NCBI RefSeq assembly: GCF_009914755.1
Contig: NC_060934.1
Length of the DNA: 64,000 bases
Source of the DNA: the human T2T-CHM13v2.0 reference genome, Homo sapiens
Strand: one strand, 5' to 3'
Below are positions 1-12,496 of the stretch, piece by piece; within the stretch, counting starts at the first letter, position 1, and each line of letters begins with the position of its first letter. Both the position numbers and the translations under genes were made by a program. The notes below the pieces were generated by a model. That model made no database searches. It had not been told where the DNA came from and was given only the letters and a program-made list of their open reading frames with translations.

Positions 1-379
1 AATGCCCATGTAGTGGCATGGCAGGCAATGGGAAGAGAGGATAGCTAGGCAAGACAAGGAAAACAACACAGCAAGTGGAAGAGGTTTTGTGAACATATAC
101 ACCAAGGTGGCTGGCCCTTCTCAGAGCATCCACTCCTACCTCCACGGAGAAGGCTATGGAGAATAACATCCCAACTCCTGATACACATGCTTAGACGGAG
201 GGGTCCTGACTCAGGCTAGATTAATCTAATTTCTTTCTAGATTGAGCTAATCAGCACACAGAGATAACAGTTCAGTTCTTAGAGAGAATCACTTATGGGT
301 GGGGCTGTCTTGGCTTCTTTAAGCTAGCAAGTCCCTGGACACTAGTTTACCAAGATACCCTCCCTACCACCACCAATAC

Positions 380-760
380 TGATAGGTCAGGGCTCAGGAC
401 ACTGTCTCCTCCAGATTGACAACGTGCTAAAACAAACCAAAATCAATATTCTCCAGAAGAGTTTTTAAAGGACCCAGGGTCTCATAGCATATTATTCAAA
501 ATATCCAGGACATAATCCCAAATTACTCATTATACAATGAATTAGCAAAATCTAATATTCAGCAGGTGCACACCCTGAGATGACACAACTGCTAAAATTA
601 TGAAAAAAGACTTTAGAGAAGCTATCATATTTGATAAACCAAGCTGGTTAAGAAAAAAAACAAATAAGGAAGCCACCATAACTATGTTCCATGATGTAAA
701 GATGATAATTGTTAGAAAAAATGGAAAAATAAAACTTCCCAACGAAGAAACAGTATTAAT
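380..760 (+). mobile_element. Ancient L1M 5'/ORF1-proximal fragment
   Basis: A-rich sequence with 'attcaaaatatccaggacataatcccaaattactc...ctgagatgacacaactgctaaaattatgaaaaaagactttagagaagctat', typical of old L1M 5' regions. Confidence 0.5.
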
Positions 761-874
761 GGCTATAATTCATGGTTTATTTTACCCTCCTTAATGGCAC
801 AGTTAGACTTCATTTCCCAGCCTTCCTCCTTACAGTTAGATGTGACTGTGCAACTAAGTGGGAACTAAATAATG

Positions 875-1032
875 GGTAGATATAGGCAAATGAAGGATAA
901 GAAATTACTTAGTGGGTACAATATACACTATTTGAGTGATGTATGCTAAAATCCCAGACTTTACCATGATGCAATATATCCATGTAACAAAACTGCATTT
1001 GTACCCCCTAAATCTATACATGCAAAAAATAA
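875..1032 (+). mobile_element. L1PB/L1MA-type 3' end fragment
   Basis: 'gggtacaatatacactatttgagtgat...atatccatgtaacaaaactgcatttgtaccccctaaatctata' followed by an A-rich tail. Confidence 0.75.
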
Positions 1033-1039
1033 GATAAAT

Positions 1040-2135
1040 GGCAAATTTAAGCATGCTTTCTTGAAGAAAAATGATTTGAATAATACAGTAGATATGCTTG
1101 ATTCAATAAATATTGATCTTTTTATTTTACAAAGAACACAATTTTTAAAAAGCTTGAATTATTAAAAAGAACTGATGATGCATTAGGCCTGATAATTTCC
1201 AAGTAGATATAAAATAAACCTGTGTACTGAAGAAAATGTCAAGATGTTGTTAATTAAATAGTAAGTGAAAAAGAAGAGCGAAAACATCTATTATCCTGGA
1301 ACATTTTTTAAATCATTTTAAATAATTAAGTTAAATTTGAAATCAAATAGAAATTAAAACTGGTTTTAAATTGATAAAAATAACTGTACTATATATAAAC
1401 AACCAAAATGACATATTCACTAGGAAAAGAATATAAAAAGTGAAGTAACTATTTTTTAGCTTAATAAGATAGAAAAATAGCAACAAAATGAACAACAAAT
1501 ATTAGATGATGGAAATTAGTGGTAAAATATTAGCAAAAAATAACAAAATGGAAAATAAAAGGTAGAATTGATCAACAATATCAAAAGTTCCTTTTCTGAA
1601 AATCAAAAACTTCAATAGAAAAAGATTTGATAGAACCAATCAACATGTATAATGGACAAGAAAATAGTATCCCGAATGCCTAAAGTATACCAAACAATCT
1701 TGCAGAAAATAGGCAAAGGATATCAACAAAGAATTTATAAAAGAAAATAAAAAGGAGAGATATATTTATCATTAGATTATCAAATATTTAAAAAGTATTT
1801 ATAATATAAAGAGATAGTATGGTAAAAAATAATACTCATAGCTGAATTTTAGATTTCCATTTTGTGTTAATTAAAAATGAAATTCACAGTTTAGTTCTTT
1901 CAAATCTACTGTATACTCCTAAAGAAACAGATCCACATGGAGGAATGCAAAATTATTTAGGGCAGCATTGCTTATGATAAAATATTTTGAAATTTTTATA
2001 AAAATCCACTGATGGAACAACATTGAATAAACTATGATATATCTTTATCATGGAATGCTTTGCTACAGATACAAATAAAGTTTATGATATCTATATATTA
2101 ACATGAACACATTTTAAATGAAATACTGCTGAATG
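1040..2135 (+). mobile_element. Highly diverged L1ME-like ORF2/3' fragments
   Basis: Strong A bias; 3'-end motif 'aaaatccactgatggaacaacattgaataaactatgatatatc...atggaatgc'. Confidence 0.5.
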
Positions 2136-2794
2136 ACATACCATCCATTCCTTCAGAAAACTTTCTCTTATCACCTAATATTGTGTTATATGTGGTTCTT
2201 ATGTGCTATCTCCTTTTAGCTCCATCTATGTTGAAATCTGTTACTTGTCCAGTTATTTCAATGGACTGTTAATTTCATGGTTGTAAACACTAATCTATGT
2301 TGCTTATGAAGGCTTAGATTTTGATCCTCACTCAATCTTTCAACTAGCTTCAGTTTCTTCTCTCCTGATTGGCCTTCTTCACAGTCCAGCCACCAGGGCA
2401 CCACATACCTCTGTGGGAATCATGGAGAGATCATCAGGTGGGACCTCAGAATTTCCTTCCTAATCAGGACAATGGCCACAGAAACCCACAGATTTAACAC
2501 AATGGTCATTAGCTTTTAAGAGCACATACAGAGTTGATTCAAGAACAGGGTCACAGTGCTCCTTCTCAGAGGGAAACTACTTCTCTTGTGGACAGCTCAA
2601 CTTGTGTCCTGGATCACAGAATGTTACCTGATCTGAGTTCCTCTTCCAATCAGGTCACTGAAACCTCAATTCAGTACAGCCTGGAGTTCATTATAATAAA
2701 GACTAAGCCTCTTTCCCTTAAGGAAATCTTGCCAATTAATAAATAGCAATTTATTTTTATTAAGCTACAGATTTGAAAAGCACAGGAAAGTTGC

Positions 2795-3010
2795 ATTTTT
2801 GAGTCTCTACAGCATGACAGATGCTGAGCTATGCATTTTACCTACTTCACAGAATTTAAGAACCCTACGAGACAGGTCATCCTCATTTTAAGTGGAAGTC
2901 TGCAGCACAGAGGTTAAATGGTTTTTTCAGGGACACATTACTATTATTGATCAGATTCATAATTTAAACTCAGAGCTATCTAATTCCAAAGCCTGTGATT
3001 TCTTCACCAG
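2795..3010 (-). mobile_element. MIR SINE
   Basis: 'cctcattttaagtggaagtctgcagcacagaggttaaatgg...tctaattccaaagcctgtg', reverse complement of the MIR core. Confidence 0.7.
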
Positions 3011-3055
3011 ATACTAAGATCTATGTACAACTAAAAGACAAGGATATGTCTAGGA

Positions 3056-3195
3056 CCTTGCTACTCAAAGTATGGTCTGAGGAATGTTGGCATCATCTGG
3101 AAGGTCACTAAAAATGAAAGCAACTAAGTCATAATTAACATTTTTAAAAGCATTCACACCCAGATTTTTATGCACATTAAAGCTGAAAGAGCATC
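3056..3195. mobile_element. MER5A-like hAT-Charlie MITE
   Basis: 'gctactcaaagtatggtc...gcatcatctggaag...ttatgcacattaaagctgaaagagca'. Confidence 0.65.
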
Positions 3196-3259
3196 TATCA
3201 ATGATACGTGCCAGATTTGTAGATCAGGTCACCAAATAGATGACTGGGTGTAGTTTGGG

Positions 3260-3540
3260 TGACCATCCACTAAGGTAAGGCAAAGAGGTACATGAACACA
3301 TTGAGGAAGGGGAAAGAGTGGCCCAATTTTGAACATTTGGAACTTATGTAGGAGACATTCAAGCAGAAGATTACAGAGGAGAATTGGATATAGTATGTTG
3401 GAGATCAGAAAGAGAGCCCGGTTGGAGATGTGGATTGGTAATCATAATCTAGTACGGAATGTAGGACCATAAGTGTGCATAAGCCTTGAGGGAAAAAACA
3501 TGTGGAAAGAGAAGAGAGCCAAGGACAATGGTACCCCAGA
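3260..3540 (-). mobile_element. L2 fragment
   Basis: 'gagacattcaagcagaagattacagaggagaattggatata...gttggagatgtggattgg', a purine-rich antisense L2 signature. Confidence 0.6.
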
Positions 3541-4129
3541 TGCTATTATGTGAGAATTTGCAATTCCTCTGAACTGTTTGTCTCCAAGATGTAGAACTAG
3601 AAACTATATGTTTAAAGATGCTGGTTCAATGTGAGACAGCGACTTTCAACAATTGGAGTTCTGTGAATAAATGGACTTTCTGGGGAAATAAGGAGGAACA
3701 CTTCTTGTATCTCATCCAGCACAATACACTTGTTAGGGATGCTACAGAAAGAATTTAAATTCTGAAGCACTGGGACTATTCCTACCCTGAAATTCCACCA
3801 TAACCAAGGCTAAATGATTCTTTTAAGGGTAAATGTCCCAGCATGTTCAAACTCTAGCATGCTTAACTGCAATTGCAACAAAACAGCATCAAGTTTTGAT
3901 GTTAATAATATAGAGAGAATAAAAGGAGACAGCTGCCTCAAGTTTTGTGTGGCACAAGAATTTGATATCTTTCAACCCTTACAAGTTGCTGTTGTAATTT
4001 TTCTGCCACTGTCACGATGCAGACTTGAGTTGTGTTAGGAACATAAAGCAAAGAGCAGTAAATTAGAATTCTTAGAAAACTCTATGATCTCTTTTCTCCA
4101 TAATCCCCAATATATAACCTTTCCTCCAC

Positions 4130-4610
4130 TCTATTGCTAAAACCATCATTCTAAAACAAGATCTTACCATGCTAGGTCTTCGGTGAGATAATGGAGAAAG
4201 ATTACTTTTGAGGAAACCCTATTGCCTTCAGTCTAGAATCCAACTTGTTGTATTATAAATGGCATGCCATAGTCTGACCCATCTCCTTCTCTAGGCAGTT
4301 ATTGCTATGATTTTTTTCGCTCCAAAATGGTGTTTACATTATTCTTCATCTGGGAAACTCCTTCTCATCTCTCAAGATCCAATTTAAATGTCCTCTTCTT
4401 AGTAGTGCCTTTTCAATTTTCCAAATTAGATTTAATCATCCCACAACAATCTGAACGTACTTCTAATAGAGCAATTGAGACAGTTTTTGGTAGTGATGGG
4501 GGTTAGCCATCTTTCTGGTAGCATTGTGTTTTAGGAGCAGATTCTGTCCTTTTCATCTTTTGTCATCAGCACATTGACTGCCCTTAGTAGTGCCTATGGT
4601 CCCAAATGTT
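4130..4610 (+). mobile_element. L2 3' fragment
   Basis: 'aactccttctcatctctcaagatccaatttaaatgtcctc...aggagcagattctgtccttttcatctt'. Confidence 0.55.
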
Positions 4611-4704
4611 TACCAAAGCTGTGCCTGACAAGTGTGTGTGCATGTTTGCCAAATTGTACATATGTAATTGTATACACACACACACATTCCAAATCTATCT
4701 CCCT

Positions 4705-4708
<4 letters not shown>

Positions 4709-4742
<34 letters not shown>
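4709..4742. repeat. (TG)17 microsatellite
   Basis: Read directly from the sequence. Confidence 0.95.
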
Positions 4743-4743
<1 letters not shown>

Positions 4744-5238
4744 ACTGTTGGAGTTCTAATCTGGCTTTTGTCTTACTAAGTGGGCTCTTAAAAAGATACA
4801 AAGAAAATGAAACAAAACATAAATCTGTTTTTCAATAATCTAAAATAGATTATAGTTAGTTATTTGTTCTGGAAGATAAACAAAAGGGACTCCTTGTTTG
4901 TCTCTGCCCTCTTCTCACTAGATGATAGATGTTTTCTCCACCGTCTTCATTTCTGTCATCACCTGCATTATGTATTAATCAAGGATTCAGAGGCACAGAA
5001 AAAAACAGTAGCCAAAACCTATGATGGAAGTCTAACGAGTAACTACATTTTCCCCTTTCATTATCTGTGCATAACTCAAAGTGGGGGTTGGGTGATCAAT
5101 TGTATAATATGCACAGCATAACCAATGTCTGATTTAAGTGAAATATTTTGTCTCTAAGTCTCCGTCTCCTTGTCTGTAATATAAGTAGATTTATAACTGC
5201 TATACAGAGTTACTTTGGAAATTAAATATTCTAACATA

Positions 5239-5655
<417 letters not shown>

Positions 5656-5765
5656 TCAAGATTCTCAATTCCTACATTATATGGCATACTCTATACAGAG
5701 CACTAAACTGAGGAAACCCCAAGGATAACAGTGTTTCCTATTTGATCAATTTATATCACCATGAC

Positions 5766-6201
5766 TCTTGCAGGTTGTGTTCCCTGGAAAACAAACTCCA
5801 AGATAGAGATTAAAATATAGGAGGTTCACTAGAATGTGTTCTTGGGATTGATATCTATGGAGGCCAATTGGGAGAAGAGAGAAGTTGGGCTGCAGTGAAG
5901 TCTCAATCAAGGTCTCAGCTTATTTCACTCAGACCTCTAAAAATGGCCTGGTGCTTCAGAATTGTCCTGCACTGGGACAAAAGGCTCAAACCATTATACC
6001 ATTATATGAACCAGTTACTCCATGCAGGTTACCATGAGAAGAAGGTACAACCATGGAAGTCAACTCTCCTTAGGTAAGTCAATTCCCAAAAAGTGTGGAT
6101 GCTGAGCACTGCCTATGAGAAGCTGCCTTTCCTGCAGAGGGAAAAATAAGTCTTTCAGTCTTGAAAAAGGATATGGGTGGAATGTAATAATGTCCACTAT
6201 A
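5766..6201 (-). mobile_element. LTR16-family (ERVL) solo LTR
   Basis: Ends match LTR16 termini ('caggttgtgttccctggaaaacaaactc' ... 'tgtccactata'); exact 5-bp TSD ATGAC at 5761-5765 and 6202-6206. Confidence 0.75.
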
Positions 6202-6424
6202 ATGACATCATTTACAGAGCTCAGTACTGCCAAAAGTACTTAGGGGGAAAAGTTGGGAAGAATTGATTTCTGAAAGTTAAAAAATTATAAGAACAGTTAC
6301 AGATTTGATTATTTTTTAAAATAATCAATTTTGAAAAATAAAGAAATGGTAGTGGAGAGGAAAGAGAGGGAAGAAGGCCATTTGTGGGCTGACAGTTAAT
6401 GTTGAGGGCAGCAAAATAAAATGT

Positions 6425-6580
6425 ATAGCCAAGGATTTGAATCTTTACTCTTACTTAGTTGCTATGTGGTTCTGGGAAGTCACGTGACCCCTTGGACTTC
6501 TCCTTTCCCACTTGCAAGTGACAATAGCAACTATTTCACATGATAGTTATGAAGATTATGAGATATTGTAAGTGTAACCC
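6425..6580 (+). mobile_element. MIR SINE
   Basis: 'ggatttgaatc...cttacttagttgctatgtggttctgggaagtcacgtgacccc...gttatgaagattatgagata'. Confidence 0.65.
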
Positions 6581-6668
6581 ATCATGGTGTAAAGGAAAGA
6601 TGGCATGGAAAAAATGGTATTAGTATTATTTTAGGATTGGCTCTTATATAGGTAACTAAGGGAGTCAC

Positions 6669-7344
6669 TGTGTTAGTCAGGGTTCTCCAAATAAGATAGA
6701 TAGATAGACACATAGATGATAGATAGGTAGGTAGGCAGAGAGATGAAGAAAGAAAAAGAAAGAAAGAAAGAGAGAAAGACAGAAAGAAAGAGAGAAAGAA
6801 AGAGAAAGATCAATCAATAGATCTCACATACACACACATACACACACACACACACATACATACACAGATTTTATTATAAGGAATTTGCCCAAGTGAATAT
6901 GGTGGCTAACAATTCTCAAGATTCTCAATCGCCAAGCTGGAGAACCAGGAGAGATGATGATGTAGTTTCAGTCTGAGTCCAAAGGCCTGAGAACCAAGAG
7001 AGCTAATGGTATAAGTCCCAGCCTGAAAGCTTTAGGGCTCAAGATCCAAGAAGGGCAAGTTTCAATCTAAGTCTGAAAGCAAGAAAAAAACCAATGACCC
7101 ACCTGGAGCAGTCAGGGAGGAGTTTTCCTTTACTTACAGGGTCAGCTTCTTGTTCTATTCACACCCTCCATGAACTGGATAAGGCCAACCCACATTAGAG
7201 TGGGCAATCTCCTTTATGCAGGCCATCATTAAAATGTTAATCTTATTCAGAAATACCCTCACAAACACACCCAGAATAATGCTTGGCTAAATGCCTGGAT
7301 ATCCTATGGTCCAGTCAAGTTGACACGTAAAATTCATCATCACA
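6669..7344 (-). mobile_element. MLT2 (ERVL) solo LTR, MLT2B-like
   Basis: Starts 'tgtgttagtcagggttctcc', ends 'ccagtcaagttgacacgtaaaattcatcatcaca'; internal 'gagtccaaaggcctgagaacc'. Confidence 0.9.
6692..6866. repeat. Compound (GATA)n/(GAAA)n/(CA)n microsatellite inside MLT2
   Basis: Read directly from the sequence. Confidence 0.9.
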
Positions 7345-8454
7345 AACTTTTCACTCCAGATTCAAGCATTGTGTTACAACTCTTTAGGAGTCTACATCAT
7401 AGAAGAAATTCTGGAGTGTATCTCTAACCAACTGATCTAGTCTCCATGAACTGTCTCTGGCACTGAGCCCCAAATTAATCTGACAGCTACCCATCTCTAG
7501 ACATGTCAGTATATTCTTGAGGCCCTGTCATTAAGGTGAGATTCTTAATCTGTTATTCTTCTGGTTTACTTTCCCAACATCCTGCTAAATGCAGAGTTAT
7601 TGTCATTTATTTCTAGGCTCATGGGCATTTGGAGAGGAAACACTTCTTCAATCTAAGGGTAAATAGGAGGAACGAAAGTCCATGAGAAAGAATATAAAAA
7701 TAAAACTAGATCTTTTGTCATTTAAGAATTAATTGCCTCAAGTCTTTCTCCTATATTTCTATGAACTAGAAAAAAATGGTGTCTTTCTTCTCCGTAGCCA
7801 ATGAAATAATGAGCTTGACACTACCCTAGCATCTCTAGAGATCAGGCTCCCAGGTGCCTTCCCATCACACAGGGACGGTACCTGCAATTAGTAGAGACTC
7901 AGTGGTTGTTGGCTATATGCACAGTTTGATTGTTTGAGAGTAACTGTTCACCTTTTAAAGACCTTGAGCTTTTGGCTTCATAGACTCTAAATAGTGTTAA
8001 CACAATTTATTTGAAGAGGGTCATTGCCCAATAATGCTGATCTATTTTTTTTCCACTCAGCAAATGCATTATTTGATTTTCTCTTCTTCCCAATTAGCAT
8101 CAATGGTGGATTTTCTAACGGTGCGATCTGAGCTTGAAGGTTAAACATGGCATGCTTGTCTGTTGTTCAAATCAATGCTGTTCTGACATTGCTATTCCTC
8201 ACCTTAACTTCCATTGATGATTTGATTTAAACCAGCTGTTTTTGCTAATTCTGTAATTAGTGACTTGGCAAAGCACTAATTATGTTGGGAGGTAGAGAAA
8301 AATAACTCAGATTTACATATGTAATGAAATTTCAGCATGAAAATGTTGTTCCAAAGAATGATAATATATAATGTGAAACTCAAGTTTACACAAAATAAAA
8401 ATAAGAAACTCACAAAATGCTCTAGTACCTTAGATCCATACAGTTGTATTTCTC

Positions 8455-8675
8455 CATTTTGTGAACACCTAGTGTATGCCAGGATTGTGCCAAGTGCTAT
8501 ACATACATTACTATATTTTCCACAGTGACCCTAAAAGATGTATTATCAGTTGCATTTTACAAATGAGAAACTAAGACCCAGGGATGCTCAATATTTTTTC
8601 AGTGTCTCATGGCCAAAAAAGCAAAGAGCAGAGATTCAAACTTAGATCAGTTTAATCTCAAATTTCATATTCTTC
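8455..8675 (-). mobile_element. MIR SINE
   Basis: 'gaacacctagtgtatgccagg...cattttacaaatgagaaactaagacccag...gagattcaaacttaga'. Confidence 0.8.
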
Positions 8676-9161
8676 AATTTTTTTTCCACAACTCTTAGCT
8701 ATTTTCTTCCACTCCTGATGAGTAAAATTCTACTAAAGTCACACCTATCACAGTTCAAGCAAGTTGAATGTTTTGTCCTTTTTATGGTTGTTCATGTGAA
8801 TGGCTGGAATGTTGTGCCTAGTGTCCCTACAAAATAAGTTGGGTATATGGAACCTGGTCTCCATTTAAAGATCAAAAATTATCTGTGCATTTGGCCATGT
8901 GTTATAAATTTTTTAACTATGTTGGAATTTCTGCTATTAATTGTGTGCAACAGCTTATATTACAGGTCTAGAAGTGTCAATTCCACATGCATGTAATTGC
9001 CATGGATGTACATTTCTTTGTTCTCAGCATTCTATAGCATTCCCTATATTTTTGTTCCAAGAAAAATTCTGATGATTAGAAAAATGTGACCTTTTTTTCT
9101 ATTATTCTATGCTAGATTTGGAAACAAACATCTCAATGGTGGCTCGAGCTACAATATTTTA

Positions 9162-9356
9162 CAGTTGTTTCCTCTTAGCTGTAACCACTTTTCTGCTTTT
9201 TCTGGTTTCAGTTATCTGTGGTCAATCAAGGTCTGAAATAGGTGAGTATAGTACAATAAGATATTTTGAAGGAGAGTGTGTGTGTGTGTGAGACAGACCA
9301 CATTCACATAAATTTTAATACAGTATATTGTTATAACCATCCTATTTTATTATTAG
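9162..9356 (+). mobile_element. MER44A (TcMar-Tigger MITE), left part
   Basis: TA then 'cagttgtttcctctta...ggtttcagttatctgtggtcaa...aataggtgagtatagtacaataagatattttga...gaccacattcacata...ttttattattag'. Confidence 0.85.
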
Positions 9357-9745
9357 CTTTTTCTAATACATTTTCATCTCCATTAATAGTCAAATTCACA
9401 GACTTTGCTTTTATTAAAAAATAGACATTCAACTTAAAATGATACATAAATGACAAAGAAGAATAAAAAAGTAGGATAAATATAGTAATATACATAAATT
9501 ATGTCAATATAGTTAAAAGTAAACAGTACTGAACTAAAAATGGAAAAAAAAATCATAATAAATTCAAGTACTTGGTCTTTAAATAATTGGTTTAAAAAAC
9601 CACTAGATTATCTAATCAAGTATAAAGAATAAGAATGATAATAAATACATAGCAGGAATGATTAATATGATTAAGCCACAGATATTGAGATTAGAAAAGT
9701 ATGAGATATTTTATTATTTGCATCAAAATGTTAAATTTCAAAATG
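9357..9745 (+). mobile_element. Highly diverged L1M ORF2-like fragment (putative transduced cargo)
   Basis: 'cttggtctttaaataattggtttaaaaaaccactagattatctaatcaag...gcaggaatga...ccacagatattgagattagaa' resembles the L1 ORF2 linker region in sense orientation. Confidence 0.5.
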
Positions 9746-10585
9746 TTATTTTATTTTATTTTATTTAATCATTATTTTGTTTTGTTTTTGTTTTTAAATT
9801 TTATTTTAGGTACAGTGAATATATGTGCAGATTTGTTCCATGAGCATATCGCACCAAGGTAGTGAGAATAGTACTCGAATAGATAATATTTCGACCCATT
9901 CCCCTCTTACTTCCCCCCACCCCTAGTAGTCTGCAGTATCTATTGTTCCCTTGTTTATGGCAATGGGTGCTCAATGTTTAGCTCCCTGTTATAAGTGCGA
10001 ACATGCAGCATTTGGTGTTCTGTACCTGCAGTAATTCACTTGGGATTATGGCCTCGAACTGCATCCATGTTGCTGCAAAGGACATGATTTCATTCTTGTT
10101 TATAGCTGTGTAGTATTCCATGATGTATATGTACTACATTTTCTTTATCCAACCAACAACGTATGGGCACCTAAGATAATTCCATGTCTTTGCTATTGTG
10201 AATAGTGCAGCAATGAACATACAGGTGCATGTGTTTTTCTAGTCTAATGATCTATTTTTGAGGTATATACCTGGTAATGAGATTGCTGGGTCAAATAGTA
10301 GCTCTGCTTTAAATTCTTTGAGAAATCTCCAAACTGCTTTCAACAGTGGCTGAACTAATTTATATTCCCATCAACAGTGTATAAGCATTCCCTTTTCTCT
10401 GCATTCTAGCTAGCATCTGTTGTTTTTTTGTCTTTTCAATAATAACCATTCTGACTGGTGTGAGATGAATCTCATTGTGGTTTGATTTGCATTTCTCTGA
10501 TGATTGCTGATATTGAGCATTTTTTCATATGTTTCTTGGTCACTTGTAAATCTTTTGAGAAGTATCTGTTCATATCCTTTGCCTA

Positions 10586-10944
<359 letters not shown>

Positions 10945-11332
10945 TAAATTCTAGATATTAGACCTTTGTCAGATGCATAGCTTGGGAATATTTTCTCCCA
11001 TTCTGTAGGTTGTCTATATACTCTGTTGATTGTTCCTTTTGCTGTGCAGAAGCTCTTTAGTTTACTTAGATCCCACTTGCCAATTTTGTTTTTGTTGTAA
11101 TTGCTCTTTGGACCTTAGCCAAAAATTATTTGTCAAGGCTGATGTCACGAAGGGTATTTCCCAGGTTTTCTTCTAGGATTTTTATACTTTGGGGTATTAA
11201 ATTTAAATTTTTAATCTATCTTGAGTTAATTTTTATATGGTGAAAGTAAAGGTCCACTTTAATTCTTCTGCATATGGCTAGCCAATTATCCCAACACTAT
11301 TTATTGAATAGGGATTTCTTTCTTCATTGCTT

Positions 11333-11333
<1 letters not shown>

Positions 11334-11364
<31 letters not shown>
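11334..11364. repeat. T31 homopolymer inside L1 ORF2
   Basis: Read directly from the sequence. Confidence 0.95.
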
Positions 11365-11367
<3 letters not shown>

Positions 11368-12455
11368 AGCCTTGTTGAAGATCAGATGGTTGTGAGTATG
11401 TGGCTATATTTCTGAGTTTTTTAATTCTCTGCCATTGGACTATGTGTCTATTCTTGTACCAGTACCATGCTGTTTTGGTTACTATAGCCTTATAGTATAG
11501 TTTGAAGTCAAGTAGTGTGATGCATCCAGAATGTTCTTTTTGCTTAAGATTGCTTTGGCTATTTGGGTTCTTTTTTGGTTCCATATGCATTTTAGAATAG
11601 TTTTCTGACTCAATGATCTGTCTAATGCGTCAATGGGGTGTTGAAATCTCCCACTATTATTGTGGGTTGTCTAAGCCTTTTCATAGGCCAATAACAATTT
11701 GTTTTATGAATCTGCATGCTCCAATGTTGGGAACATATTTATTTAGGATGGTTAAAGCTTCTTCTTGGATTGTACCCTTTATTATTATGTAATGTCTTTC
11801 TTTGTTCTTCTTATTTTTTATTGGTTTAAAATCTGTTTCGTATGACATAAGAATAGTGACTCCTGCTCTTTTTATTTCCAATTTGCATAGTAGATCTTAC
11901 GTCATCCTTTTATTTTGAGCTTATGGGTCTTATTACATGTTAAATGGGTCCCTTGAAGACAGTAGAGGGTTGGGTCTTGTCTTTTCATCCAGGTTGCCAT
12001 TCTATGTCTTTTAAGTGGGGAATTTAACCCATTTACATTCAGGATTAGTATTGATATCTGAGATTTTGATCCTGTGATCGTGTTGCTAGCTGGTTGTTAT
12101 ATAGACTTGATTGTGTGATTGCTTTATAATGCCTGTGGGCTATGTCCTTAAGTGTGTTTTTGTGGTAGCTAAACAGTTCCATGTTTAGCACTCTCTTAAA
12201 GACTTCTTATAACTGGTCTAATTGAAATGTATTTCTTCAGTGTTTGCATGTCTTATAAGGATTTTATTTCTCTTTCACTTATGAAACTTAGTTTGGTAGG
12301 ATATGAAATTTTTGGTTGGAATTTTTTTAAAAAGATGCTGAAAATAGGCCCCTAGTCTCTTCTGCCTTGCAAGGTTTCTTCTGAGAGGTCTGCTGCTAGC
12401 CTAATGGGGTTCCCTTTGTATGTGACTTGACCCCTCTCTCTGCGTGCCTTTGAGA

Positions 12456-12457
<2 letters not shown>

Positions 12458-12494
<37 letters not shown>
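12458..12494. repeat. (TG)18 microsatellite inside L1 ORF1
   Basis: Read directly from the sequence. Confidence 0.95.
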
Positions 12495-12496
<2 letters not shown>

